Below, piece after piece: positions 53,591 through 64,000 of a stretch of 64,000 nt of DNA; within the stretch, counting starts at the first letter, position 1; the number at the start of each line of letters is the position of its first letter. The DNA comes from Camelus ferus. Its lineage: Eukaryota. The notes under the pieces were generated by a model, which worked only from the letters and a program-made list of their open reading frames with translations, was not told where the DNA came from and made no database searches. The position numbers and the translations under genes were made by a program. The stretch is taken from NCBI RefSeq assembly GCF_009834535.1, contig NC_045696.1, forward strand, positions 31,002,001-31,066,000, in the 5' to 3' direction.

Positions 53591-54060
53591 ACACTCTATT
53601 TTTCTGTGAAGAGTCAGAGGAGAAAATTAACCTGTACCTGGAGAGAATACTGAATTGCATTTTTCTTTGTTTGTTCCTGTGCTGGTTTGTGTTTTGTCGA
53701 CTTAATAAAGGCTGGGTATTGTTTCTGTGAAACCCCTTCCCAGGGCTTTGGATTATAGATGGGTAAAAGTAAAACTTACATGAGATTTGGACGGTTAAAA
53801 AAAAATGCTTCCCAAGAGCTGGAAGTTTCCATAGAGCTTGCTCAGAAATTCCTCTTCCCCATTATTCTTCAGTTGCCAGATGCGCTTGACTTCTTGGATT
53901 TTCCTGCAGCTCTGACTTGTGCACCAGTACACTTTTTCTTTGACTCACCGACTTCCCCATTCCCAGAGCCTTTTTCCCTCAAACTCTCTCTCAACCACTG
54001 TTCATTTGGATGAGGTCTAATTCATATAAAAAATCTCTGATTCCCATACTGCTTAATAAA

Positions 54061-54365
54061 TTTTTTCTCTTTTTTTCTTCCAGTTTTATTGAGATAAAAT
54101 TGACATACACATACAATGCTATAAATTTAAGGTATACAACTTAAAGACTTGACATTCTATTGTGAAATGATCACCACAGTGTTTGTCAACATCTATCACC
54201 TCAGATAGTTACAATCTTTTTTCCCTTATGACGAGAACTGTTAAACTCTATCCATTCAGCAGCTTTAAATACATCATACAGCATTGTTAACAATAGTCAT
54301 CATGGTGTAATTACATACCCAGTGCTGATTTAGAACTAGAAGTTTGTACCTTTTGGCCACCTTCT
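54061..54365 (-). mobile_element. L1 3'UTR terminus (L1MA9-like)
   Basis: ttttcttccagttttattgagataaaattgacatac; gaagtttgtaccttttggccaccttc. Confidence 0.88.
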
Positions 54366-57179
54366 CTCAATAACTATTTTCCTGGTTGACATCTGAGTGA
54401 TTTTTTTTTTCATCTTTTTATGTTTCACTTCTCCAGATTACTAAATGAAGGAAAAAGGGAAGCCTTCCTTTTAGAAATAAGGAAAAGAGTTACTGTAAAT
54501 AGGATGATTAAAAAACAAAGAATAATAGGAATTATTATCTAATTTGTACTTGCATACATATGAATTTCGTGTAAACAAACATTCAGTCTATAGTGTAACT
54601 TAAGGAAATAAAAAACAAATAATAAGCCAAATAAATGTATACATATATAAACAAATAAGTAACAAAAAAAGAGTATCATTGATTTGAATGTTTCAGACCA
54701 TCTATTCCTAAATGTTGACCTTAAATGCATGTCAATCAAGATCCTTAAGAATTAATTGAGGATTTTTATCAAACTGCACATCCCAGATATATTGAAATCA
54801 AAATGTGCAAAGAATAGATCCAGCAGTGTCTATTATGATAAAATTCCCTGAATGATTCTTAAGAAAAGCGATGTATAAACAGCTAGTTTAAAACACAAAA
54901 TTCAATTCATTGATAGTTTGATTTTATTTACATTATAGGAAGGATTTAAGGCCAAACTTAACTCTAATTTGAAAGTACTGTACGTGATCAGCCAGACCCT
55001 ACTGTGGACATTGAAATTTACAACCAAAGCAGATACGGTAAATGTGCCATCCTTGTTAAAAGCTTTAAAGGTATATAAGATTCATATCTGCAATATGCTC
55101 CTTTAACTGGATACTATTTGTCCTTTAAGTTTTTAAAGTTTACTTAAAAGTAAATCTTAAAAAGTTTGAAATCTATTGTGAACATTTATAGCAAAAGCTA
55201 AACCAAATATTCTATAAATGTCAAATGTATCTAAAGTTTTATTATACATAAGAAGAAAAAGATCAAGTGTATAATAAAGGTTAAATAATGGGAGGTATTT
55301 TCTTGAACAATATAAGAAACTAGGAAAATTAAATTCCTTCAGTATTTAGGTATTCTTTTTAATAGGAAAAAAAAAAGAAGAAATGTGACTGTTTGGGGCA
55401 AGGAATTAACTCCTTGAATTAATAAATGTTGGCAAAACGCAACTACACCTGTATTTAAATAAGTTTTTAAAAGCACAACTAGTTGGAGCAGAATTATTTG
55501 TCTTAGAAAAAAAGAATTCTACAGAGTGAATTAATGGCTTAAAAATGCAGGAAATGTTATTACAGACGCAGAATTGAACAGTTGTTCTGTCTTAAGTTAT
55601 GACACAACCAGTTGATCCATTAAAAGAAAAATTTGAATACTCACTGCTAGCATCCCACTAAGCTAGCTGGTTTTAGGGGTGATACAAAGGAAGTAACAAC
55701 ATGACATCTAACTTTAAAAATGGAGGAGTTAAAGGTAGGTTAAACCAGTGGAAATAGACTAGGCATAGATAGTTTGAGTGAGGGCTGAGAAAATGATTTT
55801 AATAAGTAGGCTAAAGTGAATAATATTGGAAGTAATTTTTAAAAAGCAGAACTTTATTAAAGCAAATAACTCTTCAACCAAAGTAATCTTTTTATTTTTT
55901 CTGAAGGATTATAATCCTCTTTTATACTATCAGTGTTAATATTTGAGAGCAGATAATGCAAATAAATGTGATGAAGATACTTCAGGATTATCAGAATGGG
56001 GACCAGGTGTGGAAGTTAATATTCTGCTGTTAAGACTGCAGCCTGGTCCAGTGGTTTAGAATTTTTAAATTCATCACTTTGTTCACTATTTACACATGTC
56101 CATTGGCAGCCTGCCAGTCATAATGTATGCATAAAGACAAAAGCCATATAATTAGCTGTGGATGACCTGTTTTGGCTGGTAACCTCTCAGCAATACATCA
56201 GAAATGTTATTTTGAAGCAAATATTTTGATCAAATTTTTGTTAGGATAGATATGACTGTCACTAATAAACTTATGTCCATATCAAAATATGTCCTTGTAT
56301 CCTTTCCAAAATTATTTGCTTGTTGTTATAATGACATTGGCTGACTTGGAGGATGTAAATTACTTTCTACATAATGTTTGCTAACACAGTACTACAGGAA
56401 AAGGTATTTGCTATAGGCATTAAGATGGAGAAAAACGGTGCTGACTTTTCAGTAACTTAACAGCTGACCATATTTTCCCATTTTATTTTACGTGCATTTT
56501 GAATAGCATATGCACTATATTTCATAGTCGATTTTAGCACAGGATCCAGATGTTCCTGACACATCTGTTTTCATACCTTTATATAAATGAACTTCACAAT
56601 GATACTAGCAACTCCGGATACTGCATTAGTCACAATAAAAAGTACATATTTTTGTCTTGTCTACATGGGGATCATCTATGGATAAAGTAGATGTCGAGTA
56701 GCTAGTCATTCTTTATGTGTCCTTGCAAGGCAGTTATTTACATACTACTGATTTGCTATGCCTGGCCATCTGGTTATGGATGAAATGCTTCAGTTTCTTT
56801 TTTTTTTTTTTTTTTTGCCTTTGTTTAAAAGGACTTTGTAAGTGTTATCAATACCAAAGTTCTCTGCTCATTCATGCTAATAATCTACAAAAATATTGTA
56901 TATTTTTTACAGATTGTCAATGCTGTATTTCTAAATTTACATGCATTTGCTTTTTAGCTGGCTTTGTAAAATGGTGGAAATAAATATAATGTTTCAAGGG
57001 CTTTTTTTTTTCCCCCAGAATTTTCATAGGTGTTGTATGACACACATTATTTCTTAATAACGATGTGAAACAGCAGATCTCTTCCACCTGGTCAATCCCC
57101 AGTAAAGATGCAGCCTGGTGGCTGAAGCTCAGGCAGAGCAGTCAGAGTGTTTCGTGGCAAAAATGGCTGTTGAATTTGT

Positions 57180-57320
57180 TGACTGTGTGCACTTGGGCAA
57201 GATATAAGCATCTCTAAATCCCATTTTCTTTATCTGTAAAATGACAATGGTTGCAGTATTAATTCATATGGATGTTGTGTGGATTAAAATAAACTATTTA
57301 GAGAACTTAGCACTGCACCA
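57180..57320 (+). mobile_element. MIR SINE
   Basis: tgtgtgcacttgggcaag...ttttctttatctgtaaaatg...gttgtgtggattaaa. Confidence 0.75.
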
Positions 57321-57618
57321 AGGATATAACACATACTTTTTAAAAGCCTAGTCATTTGGTTAAATATAATTAAATGGATGGGAATTTAAGTACTTTATAT
57401 GAATTTAAAGAAGTTGACTTTATTGCTGCTTACTGTAACCAAATGTTTTTCTAATTTTAATAATGAAGATAAACTGTTAAATAATATATATTCTTACTTT
57501 ACTCGAGGTACAAAGTATCACACAAAGTTTGTGCATGTTCTAAATTTTTTAAATGTTATTAAAAACTCTCTTAATGAAAAACCTAAAACACTCATTCATA
57601 TGCAGTTTTTCCTAAGCC

Positions 57619-57764
57619 TTTTTTTTAAAAAACTGCTTCACTGGGATATAACTGACACCCCAAAAATGTGCATATTTAATGTATACAATTTGGTGAAACC
57701 ATCACTTCAGTCAGGATAAGAGACATATCCATCATCTCCAAAATTTCATTGTGTCTTTGTGATC

Positions 57765-57812
<48 letters not shown>

Positions 57813-57932
57813 AAACAACACTTAACATGAGCTCTAACCTTTTAATACATTTATAAGCACATAATATAGTATTGTTGACTAGAGTCACTATATTATACAG
57901 CAGATTTCTAGAACTAATTCATCTTGCAGAAC
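57619..57932 (-). mobile_element. L1 3'UTR terminus (L1MA/MB-like)
   Basis: catatttaatgtatacaatttgg, acatatccatcatctccaaaatttc and tatacagcagatttctagaactaattcatcttgca. Confidence 0.85.
57768..57812. repeat. (TG)n(AG)n microsatellite
   Basis: Direct observation. Confidence 0.95.
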
Positions 57933-60900
57933 TAGTGAATAATATATTCAATAGCATTTTGAATTCTAAAGCAAAATTCCAGTGTATAGATAGTCTAATT
58001 GAAAGGAAATCTGAGAATAATAGACCATTATCTATACAATGTGTTTTCACCATTGTTTACATAAGAAAAAAAATGTATGTGGTATCTACATTCACAAAAA
58101 TACAGTACAAAAATTTTAATAAAATAATATGTAAGAAAAATTTCAAATTATGTTTTAAATATAATTAGTAGGAATCAGATATTTTGAAAATTTTGCCAAC
58201 TGCTAACAAAGGGGTGTATCTCTTAGGTCTTACTATGTTAAGAGTCTTGTTACAAAATATGTATCTGTTACTATATGTTACAGTAATTTTACAATTTTGA
58301 AGATAATATTTTTATAATCTTAATATAATCCTTTATTATTGACACATAGATGTTTTACAAGCTTTTAGCCATATTTTAGGAAACATTCAACATTTGAGGT
58401 TAATGTATTTTCAAAGGAACATCTGACTTTCAAGAAAAAAACCTATTGAGTTTAAATGAGAGAATAATTTATACATACTATAAAATTGTAAGATGTTGTG
58501 TTAAATGAAACTCTAAAACATATTTTCCCACAGCTATTAGAACAATGTATTCGATAGAGAATCCTTAGGGATAAAGAGGAAATTCAACCTATTTCTACTT
58601 TTATTAATGGAGAGGAAGGAGTTCCATACCAGATGTGGTTGACACTAAAAACAAAACACCTCACATTATTTTACAGACATCTAAGAACAGTGTTATACAT
58701 CCTATTGGTCCAATCTACTTCTTTGTGATATGTTCATTTTATTTATTTAGGCTACATCTTTATTAGTCTCCACTTCTACTACAATTAGTTGTGTTACTCC
58801 TATTAACCTTTTTTAGTGGAATACTTAACTAAATCAATACCAATATTTCTTGTGTGTCCACGTGTGCTTTTTAGAGTCTTTATGTCTCTAAATTTTCTGG
58901 TAAGTACAGATTTAGCTACATCCCACAATTTTTGATATGTTGCATAGTCAGTCTTTTACCTGAAATGTGTTTTGCAACCCAGAAATAGCAAAACACTGCT
59001 ATTTTCTGCTAAATTCTCAAATATAGAAATTTTCCTCAACACTGTATTTGTCATTAATTAAATGTAATGGTATCCTAGTCAGAAAATGTGATCTGTATTA
59101 TATGTACTCTTTAATAATTTACTTTTTGATCTTTTCAAAGTATATTTTAGTGATTATTTTTAGTGATTATTTTAAATATTTCATATGTTTATATCTAGGG
59201 AAAATTCATGTGCCCAATTTTATTTTTTTTTATGACACCTTAAGCATTCATTCAGCAATGAATGAATCAACTCCTCCCTGTATTTGGAAATTTTAAGTTC
59301 ATTTCAAAGGGAAATTTTTATGCCCTCTGTTATTTTGTGTTTAGGGTTTGTTTCAAATCTCCCTTTGCTTCTCTCACTCCAGCCTCTCTGTAATTTTGAG
59401 ACTCCCTGCGCCCCAGGCTTCCATCTCCTCCACGTCCTCTGTGCATGATGTCTTCTAGTTGGAGTCCCCGTCCTCTGCAGGAATACTGAGATGTAGCGTT
59501 GGGACACTATAGCAGAGGGCATTGTGGCTCAGCTTCTTGAAAGGAGCCTCACTTTCTGCTTCCTCTTGTTTGGGCCAGTAGTTTCCTACAAGCTGTAGCC
59601 CTCCCTCCTTTCATAAGCAGGAAAGTCTTACCCCTTAATCAGGCTCTAAGATTCAAGCCTGGCTTCAGTAATCCATCTTTCATGAAACACATTTCATTCC
59701 CAATATTAAAAAAGAGCTGAAGTCCCAGGCCCCAGTGCCTGCTTCAACACCTTGAGCTCCCTTCTGGCTTCAATACCACTGTCCCCATGATATTTCTGTT
59801 TGTTTTCCTCTATTTGTTTTTGTTTTGTTTTTGTTTCTGGTGGTGTTAGTTTTCTCTGGTTTACATTGGTGTTTGAGGTTTTTTTAACCTAACAAAGTAT
59901 TTTTATTTATGTGGATTTACAGCAAACAGCATATGGCAGGATTTGAAATAACCATCCCTTTTGTGCTGGACTCTTTTTTGGTATCTTTTTTATAATATTA
60001 TTCTTCAGCCAAATTTTGAAGTAATGTGTACTGAAATCATGATCATGTCATGTTGGAGAGCTTCTGCTATAAATAAAAAGTTTTGGGTTTTGCTAAGTTT
60101 ATATGAATTGTTTGAAATTTAAATAATGACATGGCCAAATTTAAATTCTAAGATCTGACTTTACTTCACAGACTTCCTAGAGAGTAGTTATTTTAATAAT
60201 TCTCACCTGACTCCTTAGAAAGAGTCTTAAACATATATATAAACCACATTTTTGTTGTCATGATTTTCATATTTTAAACGCTGTCTCCATTATTTTCTTT
60301 TTATCAACCAAATCTAATTTTAGAGATTTACGGCAGGTACCTAGAAGAAGTTTTAGTGAAAATAAGGGGGAATTCACTTGAACCTAAAGAATAAAAGGCA
60401 TCTAACAACTTTCCATGTCTCCAGTTTTTCAAATATTATAATACCACACTGCCTTTTACATAATTTTCTTCCTGAATATAATGGCAGGTATCGTAATTCT
60501 TTGTTTAAATACCATAGTGGAAAAGCCAATATTATAAGGTTTATAATGACTTGAGGTCTATTCCAAGACCCTCAGATAAGTAACAGTGTGTCATGTGAAG
60601 TTGGCTCATTGATTAAAAGGCATATGAAATAAGTAAATTTAGACACAAAGTTTTAGAGGCAAATATAGACGGTTGAACCTGTTTTTGTTATAGCACTACA
60701 TGAAGTCATTGATTGATCAGTGTCTCTTCACTGCATGGAAAGTAATACATTTACTTTGGAAATTCTGCTTTGCTTACCTGAGAAACTACCTCCAACTTAT
60801 AATATTAACTTATATCTTGTTATGTTAAAACAGAGAGCATTTCATGAGTTCCATTACATATTTGAAAGTAAAAAAAAAAAAAATTGAAATTGAAATGAGA

Positions 60901-61689
60901 GGTATTGATAACACAATTCTAACCCTATTTTTCTTTGGCTCCATAATTCAACATTTCCTTTAACGAATAACACTAAATTCCTGTTCCACAAAGCTGAGTT
61001 AATATTCATTTTCAATTATTATAAAACCTGACCAGTATATTTTTAAAAGTTATGATTAGAGGAATGTGTATGATACTAGATAAATAGAGTTTATTATGCA
61101 AATTTAACATCAGAAACTGTGCCTTTTGTTTCACTTGTATGTGAGTGTGTGACAAATTTCAAAGTATGCTAGGCTGGAGCAAAGGACTCTTAAATCCTTG
61201 TTTTTACCCTTAACTGACAAAGAGGACTAACTGGCTACTCTGCATTTTCTCATCTATGAAATGAACTATCGCATCAGATATTGTCTCTTTCTTCTCCATC
61301 TGTGCTATGTATCCCTAAACCAACCTAGAGCTTCTGGGGGAACAAAAAAGAAAAAAAAATTCAATACAATCACATGTTGGTGAAACCAAAGTTTCTTTAA
61401 GAAAGCTCAGTATAGAGAAGTAGGAAACACTAAGACGAGGAAGAGACTGAGACTGTGAAATACTTCTTTTGATTAACAATAAGATCCTAGGTGGCACAGT
61501 GGTTTTAGAAACCAGAATAAAATATTGCAGAATGCAGTTCTGACTGAAGTCACATTGCAATCACAGTTGTAGGTAAAATTCCTATATAACCCCCTGCATT
61601 TCAAAGGAATAATGTAAATTATTGTTAGTTACCAAGGTCTGTCTGTTCCCATGAGAATTACAACCTAATTTAAATGAGTCCAATGAACC

Positions 61690-62030
61690 CTCCTAGAGAG
61701 GCAAGAATCCTATTTCATCAAGGTGGATTCAGCCTGTGGCATGCTGTGTTTGGTTGTGGCCCAAGTCACAGCCCGCTGGGAGTGGCAGCCCCCGACATCA
61801 GTGTCTGTCAGGGAGCAGACATTTCTCTTTGTATTATCAATGAGCTCCAGGCTCCTGAGCCGGGCAGACCAGGCAGACCGCCTTGAAATGCTGACAGTTA
61901 GCTGCTGCACAGAGACCAGCAAGAGGCTCTCACTCTGTATTTAAAGGGCCCAAGAGCTGCAGGAAGACAGTGTTCCTGCCTCTCCTAAGTGGCATGTGTG
62001 AAGAGATATCTGATTTAGCATCTCTGACAG
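61690..62030. promoter_or_regulatory. Candidate enhancer or promoter-like unique island
   Basis: GC-rich relative to the window, no repeat recognised; three TGACAG motifs, NFI-like site, TATTTAAA. Confidence 0.35.
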
Positions 62031-62304
62031 CCCACAGGAAACTTGATCCAGACAGAAACAGAATGTGAAATAACAGGAGCTCTCATCCTTGAATTTAAGA
62101 AAGAGGAGAGGGGACTAAGAATTCTGTGTTTCTGATAAATCAGATATCATGTCAGGTGCCTTTAACACATATTTTCATTTAATTTCCCAAAACATCACAT
62201 ATATTGTGGAGTTTAAATCATGGACCTTCAGTCATCTAGTAAATAAGTAGTTAGTTATGGGGTAAATAAAAATATGGTAATCTGAAATGAAGCAGCAATT
62301 AAAA

Positions 62305-62546
62305 CAGTGATGAAAAATGTGGATTCTGGGATCCTATGATGTGGTTTCAAAATTTGTTTTGACTTCTTCCTAGCCATGAGAACTTGGACAAGTTTTACAA
62401 ATTTTTTGTGCCTTAATTTCTTCAACTGCAAAGACATGGGTTGTGTCCACATGACAAAATTTTAAGATTCAAATAAGATATCTCTATTAACTGCTTAGAA
62501 AAATCTGCAGTGTTTCTCAATGCCTCAGTAAATGTTTGATATTATT
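62305..62546 (+). mobile_element. MIR SINE, near full length
   Basis: cttcctagccatgagaacttggacaagtt...tgtgccttaatttcttcaactgcaaa...ctcagtaaatgtttgatattatt. Confidence 0.75.
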
Positions 62547-63131
62547 TTCCATTGATCACCCAAATCTTTGCTCATTCTAAAATGCCATTCAGCTTCCTGT
62601 ATTTGAGTGTGATAGTCATAATATCCATTGAAATATGCTCCTCATCGTTTCTATACTCTGTGTGTAATACAATCACATCATCCTCATTCATATAATTTAT
62701 CTGGATTACGGTGATAATCTTGTATAATTGTTGAAACTCAATTTATTTTATTCAGATTGCTTGAAAGATACTCTTTGATGAGCAAAATATTATTGGAAAT
62801 AGAAAACTTAATTTGTACCTTGTAGCCTCAGGAATTATGATTTATTTTAATTTTATTAAACTTGGTCTCCCTTGCGCATGTACATAGCTTCCCACTCATC
62901 CAGGGATGATATGTGAAACAGTATATAGCCTCTATGTCCCTCTGATTTCAAAGATTCCCCCTAATATTCTGGCTAGATTTTTCACTGACTCAACTGGGAT
63001 GCTAATCCCAGAGTAACCAAGTCATGGGATTCTCCCATTATTCCCTACAGGGTTTGCTACATTTAATAATGATACAGTCAGGCTTGGTACCAGCCTTCTG
63101 CTCCAAATCAAGTCTGCTCCTGGACAGTGAA

Positions 63132-63139
63132 GTTGTTGC

Positions 63140-63173
<34 letters not shown>

Positions 63174-63186
63174 GCTGTTGCTGTTG
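63132..63186. repeat. (GTT)n trinucleotide repeat with GCT interruptions
   Basis: Direct observation. Confidence 0.95.
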
Positions 63187-63579
63187 TGTTGTTTTTCTTT
63201 TCCAGCCCAGATATAATTTACAAAAGCAAGTTTGACAGGGCAGAAGTTGGAATGGAGGGAGGGAACACAAGAATGGCTCCAGGAAAGAAGGCTACAGAGT
63301 CCCACTGTTTTCACACAGTATTTAATAGTTTTTCTTGAATAAACATTTACCAATTTGTAGTTTGCCCTTGTTCAATTTCCAGAGATGGGAAATGATGGGA
63401 TTTGAGAGGGCATAGTTTCCAGCTTTTGACTTCTATTCCTGTATTTAGGGGAAACAATTTGCCAACTCTTTGCTCTATTATAGCAAGAAATGAAAAGTCT
63501 ATTTCTGCTGTTACTTTAAATTTTATCATTAAAAAAAATTGAATGCTATTGACTTAAAATTATATCAAGTGAAGTTGAA

Positions 63580-64000
63580 TTTGCTTTTTAATTCTAATAT
63601 TTATTCTAATATTTCTTCTGGGTTTTTCTGGATTGTATAAGTGCACAATCATTTGACAATAAATAATGATAAATGTATTACCTTCTTTCCAGTCTTATGG
63701 ATTTTTTTTTTTTTTACCTTTGGCTCCTTTAAGATCTCAAGTGTAATTTTGAATTGAAATAATGATAGCAGGTATCTTTGTCTCATTCCTATTCCTAGGA
63801 GGAAGGCTAAAATAGATTTTATCAGATAAAGAATGCCCCTTTCTCCTCATAGTTTGCATATACACTATGCTTGTCTTTGAATGTATGTTGAATTTTATAA
63901 AATGCTTTTGCAGCATCTATTGAGAAAGACATAGTTTTTCATTTATTCTATGGATATGTTGATTATTTCATGATTTTATTGAAAATAATATTGCCTTTCT
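63580..64000 (-). mobile_element. Old L1 ORF2 (RT region) fragment running off the window
   Basis: tgttgaattttataaaatgcttttgcagcatctattgaga; atgatagcaggtatctttgtctcattcct. Confidence 0.8.

Noticed and set aside
54700..54885. Possible MER5-like remnant
   Set aside because: Too degraded to support without an alignment.
63022..63353. PolyQ, polyV and polyN ORFs
   Set aside because: Translation artefacts of the (GTT)n microsatellite.
1..64000. ORF track as protein-coding genes
   Set aside because: All are 60-138 aa, many have non-ATG starts or low-complexity composition, none has a recognisable non-transposon domain, and no multi-exon chain is evident.

Overview
AT-rich, CpG-poor mammalian DNA with no recognisable protein-coding gene, RNA gene or prokaryotic system. 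It reads as a gene desert or the interior of a very large intron. Identifiable content is decayed transposons: L1 fragments of several ages, an interrupted L2, MIRs, MaLR/ERVL LTRs, a cluster of ERV1-type solo LTRs at 27-32 kb, hAT remnants and microsatellites. The youngest L1 3' ends and the lack of lineage SINEs suggest a cetartiodactyl, probably a camelid (inference). The supplied ORFs are chance frames or L1 remnants. I found no novel biological system. Best leads: a CpG-rich L1 5'UTR with a YY1 motif and antisense splice donor, a candidate 36-nt exon, two unique regulatory-like islands (49 kb, 61.8 kb) and several insertions with readable target-site duplications (TSDs). Repeat family names are recalled from consensus sequences, not from a search, and boundaries without TSDs are approximate.
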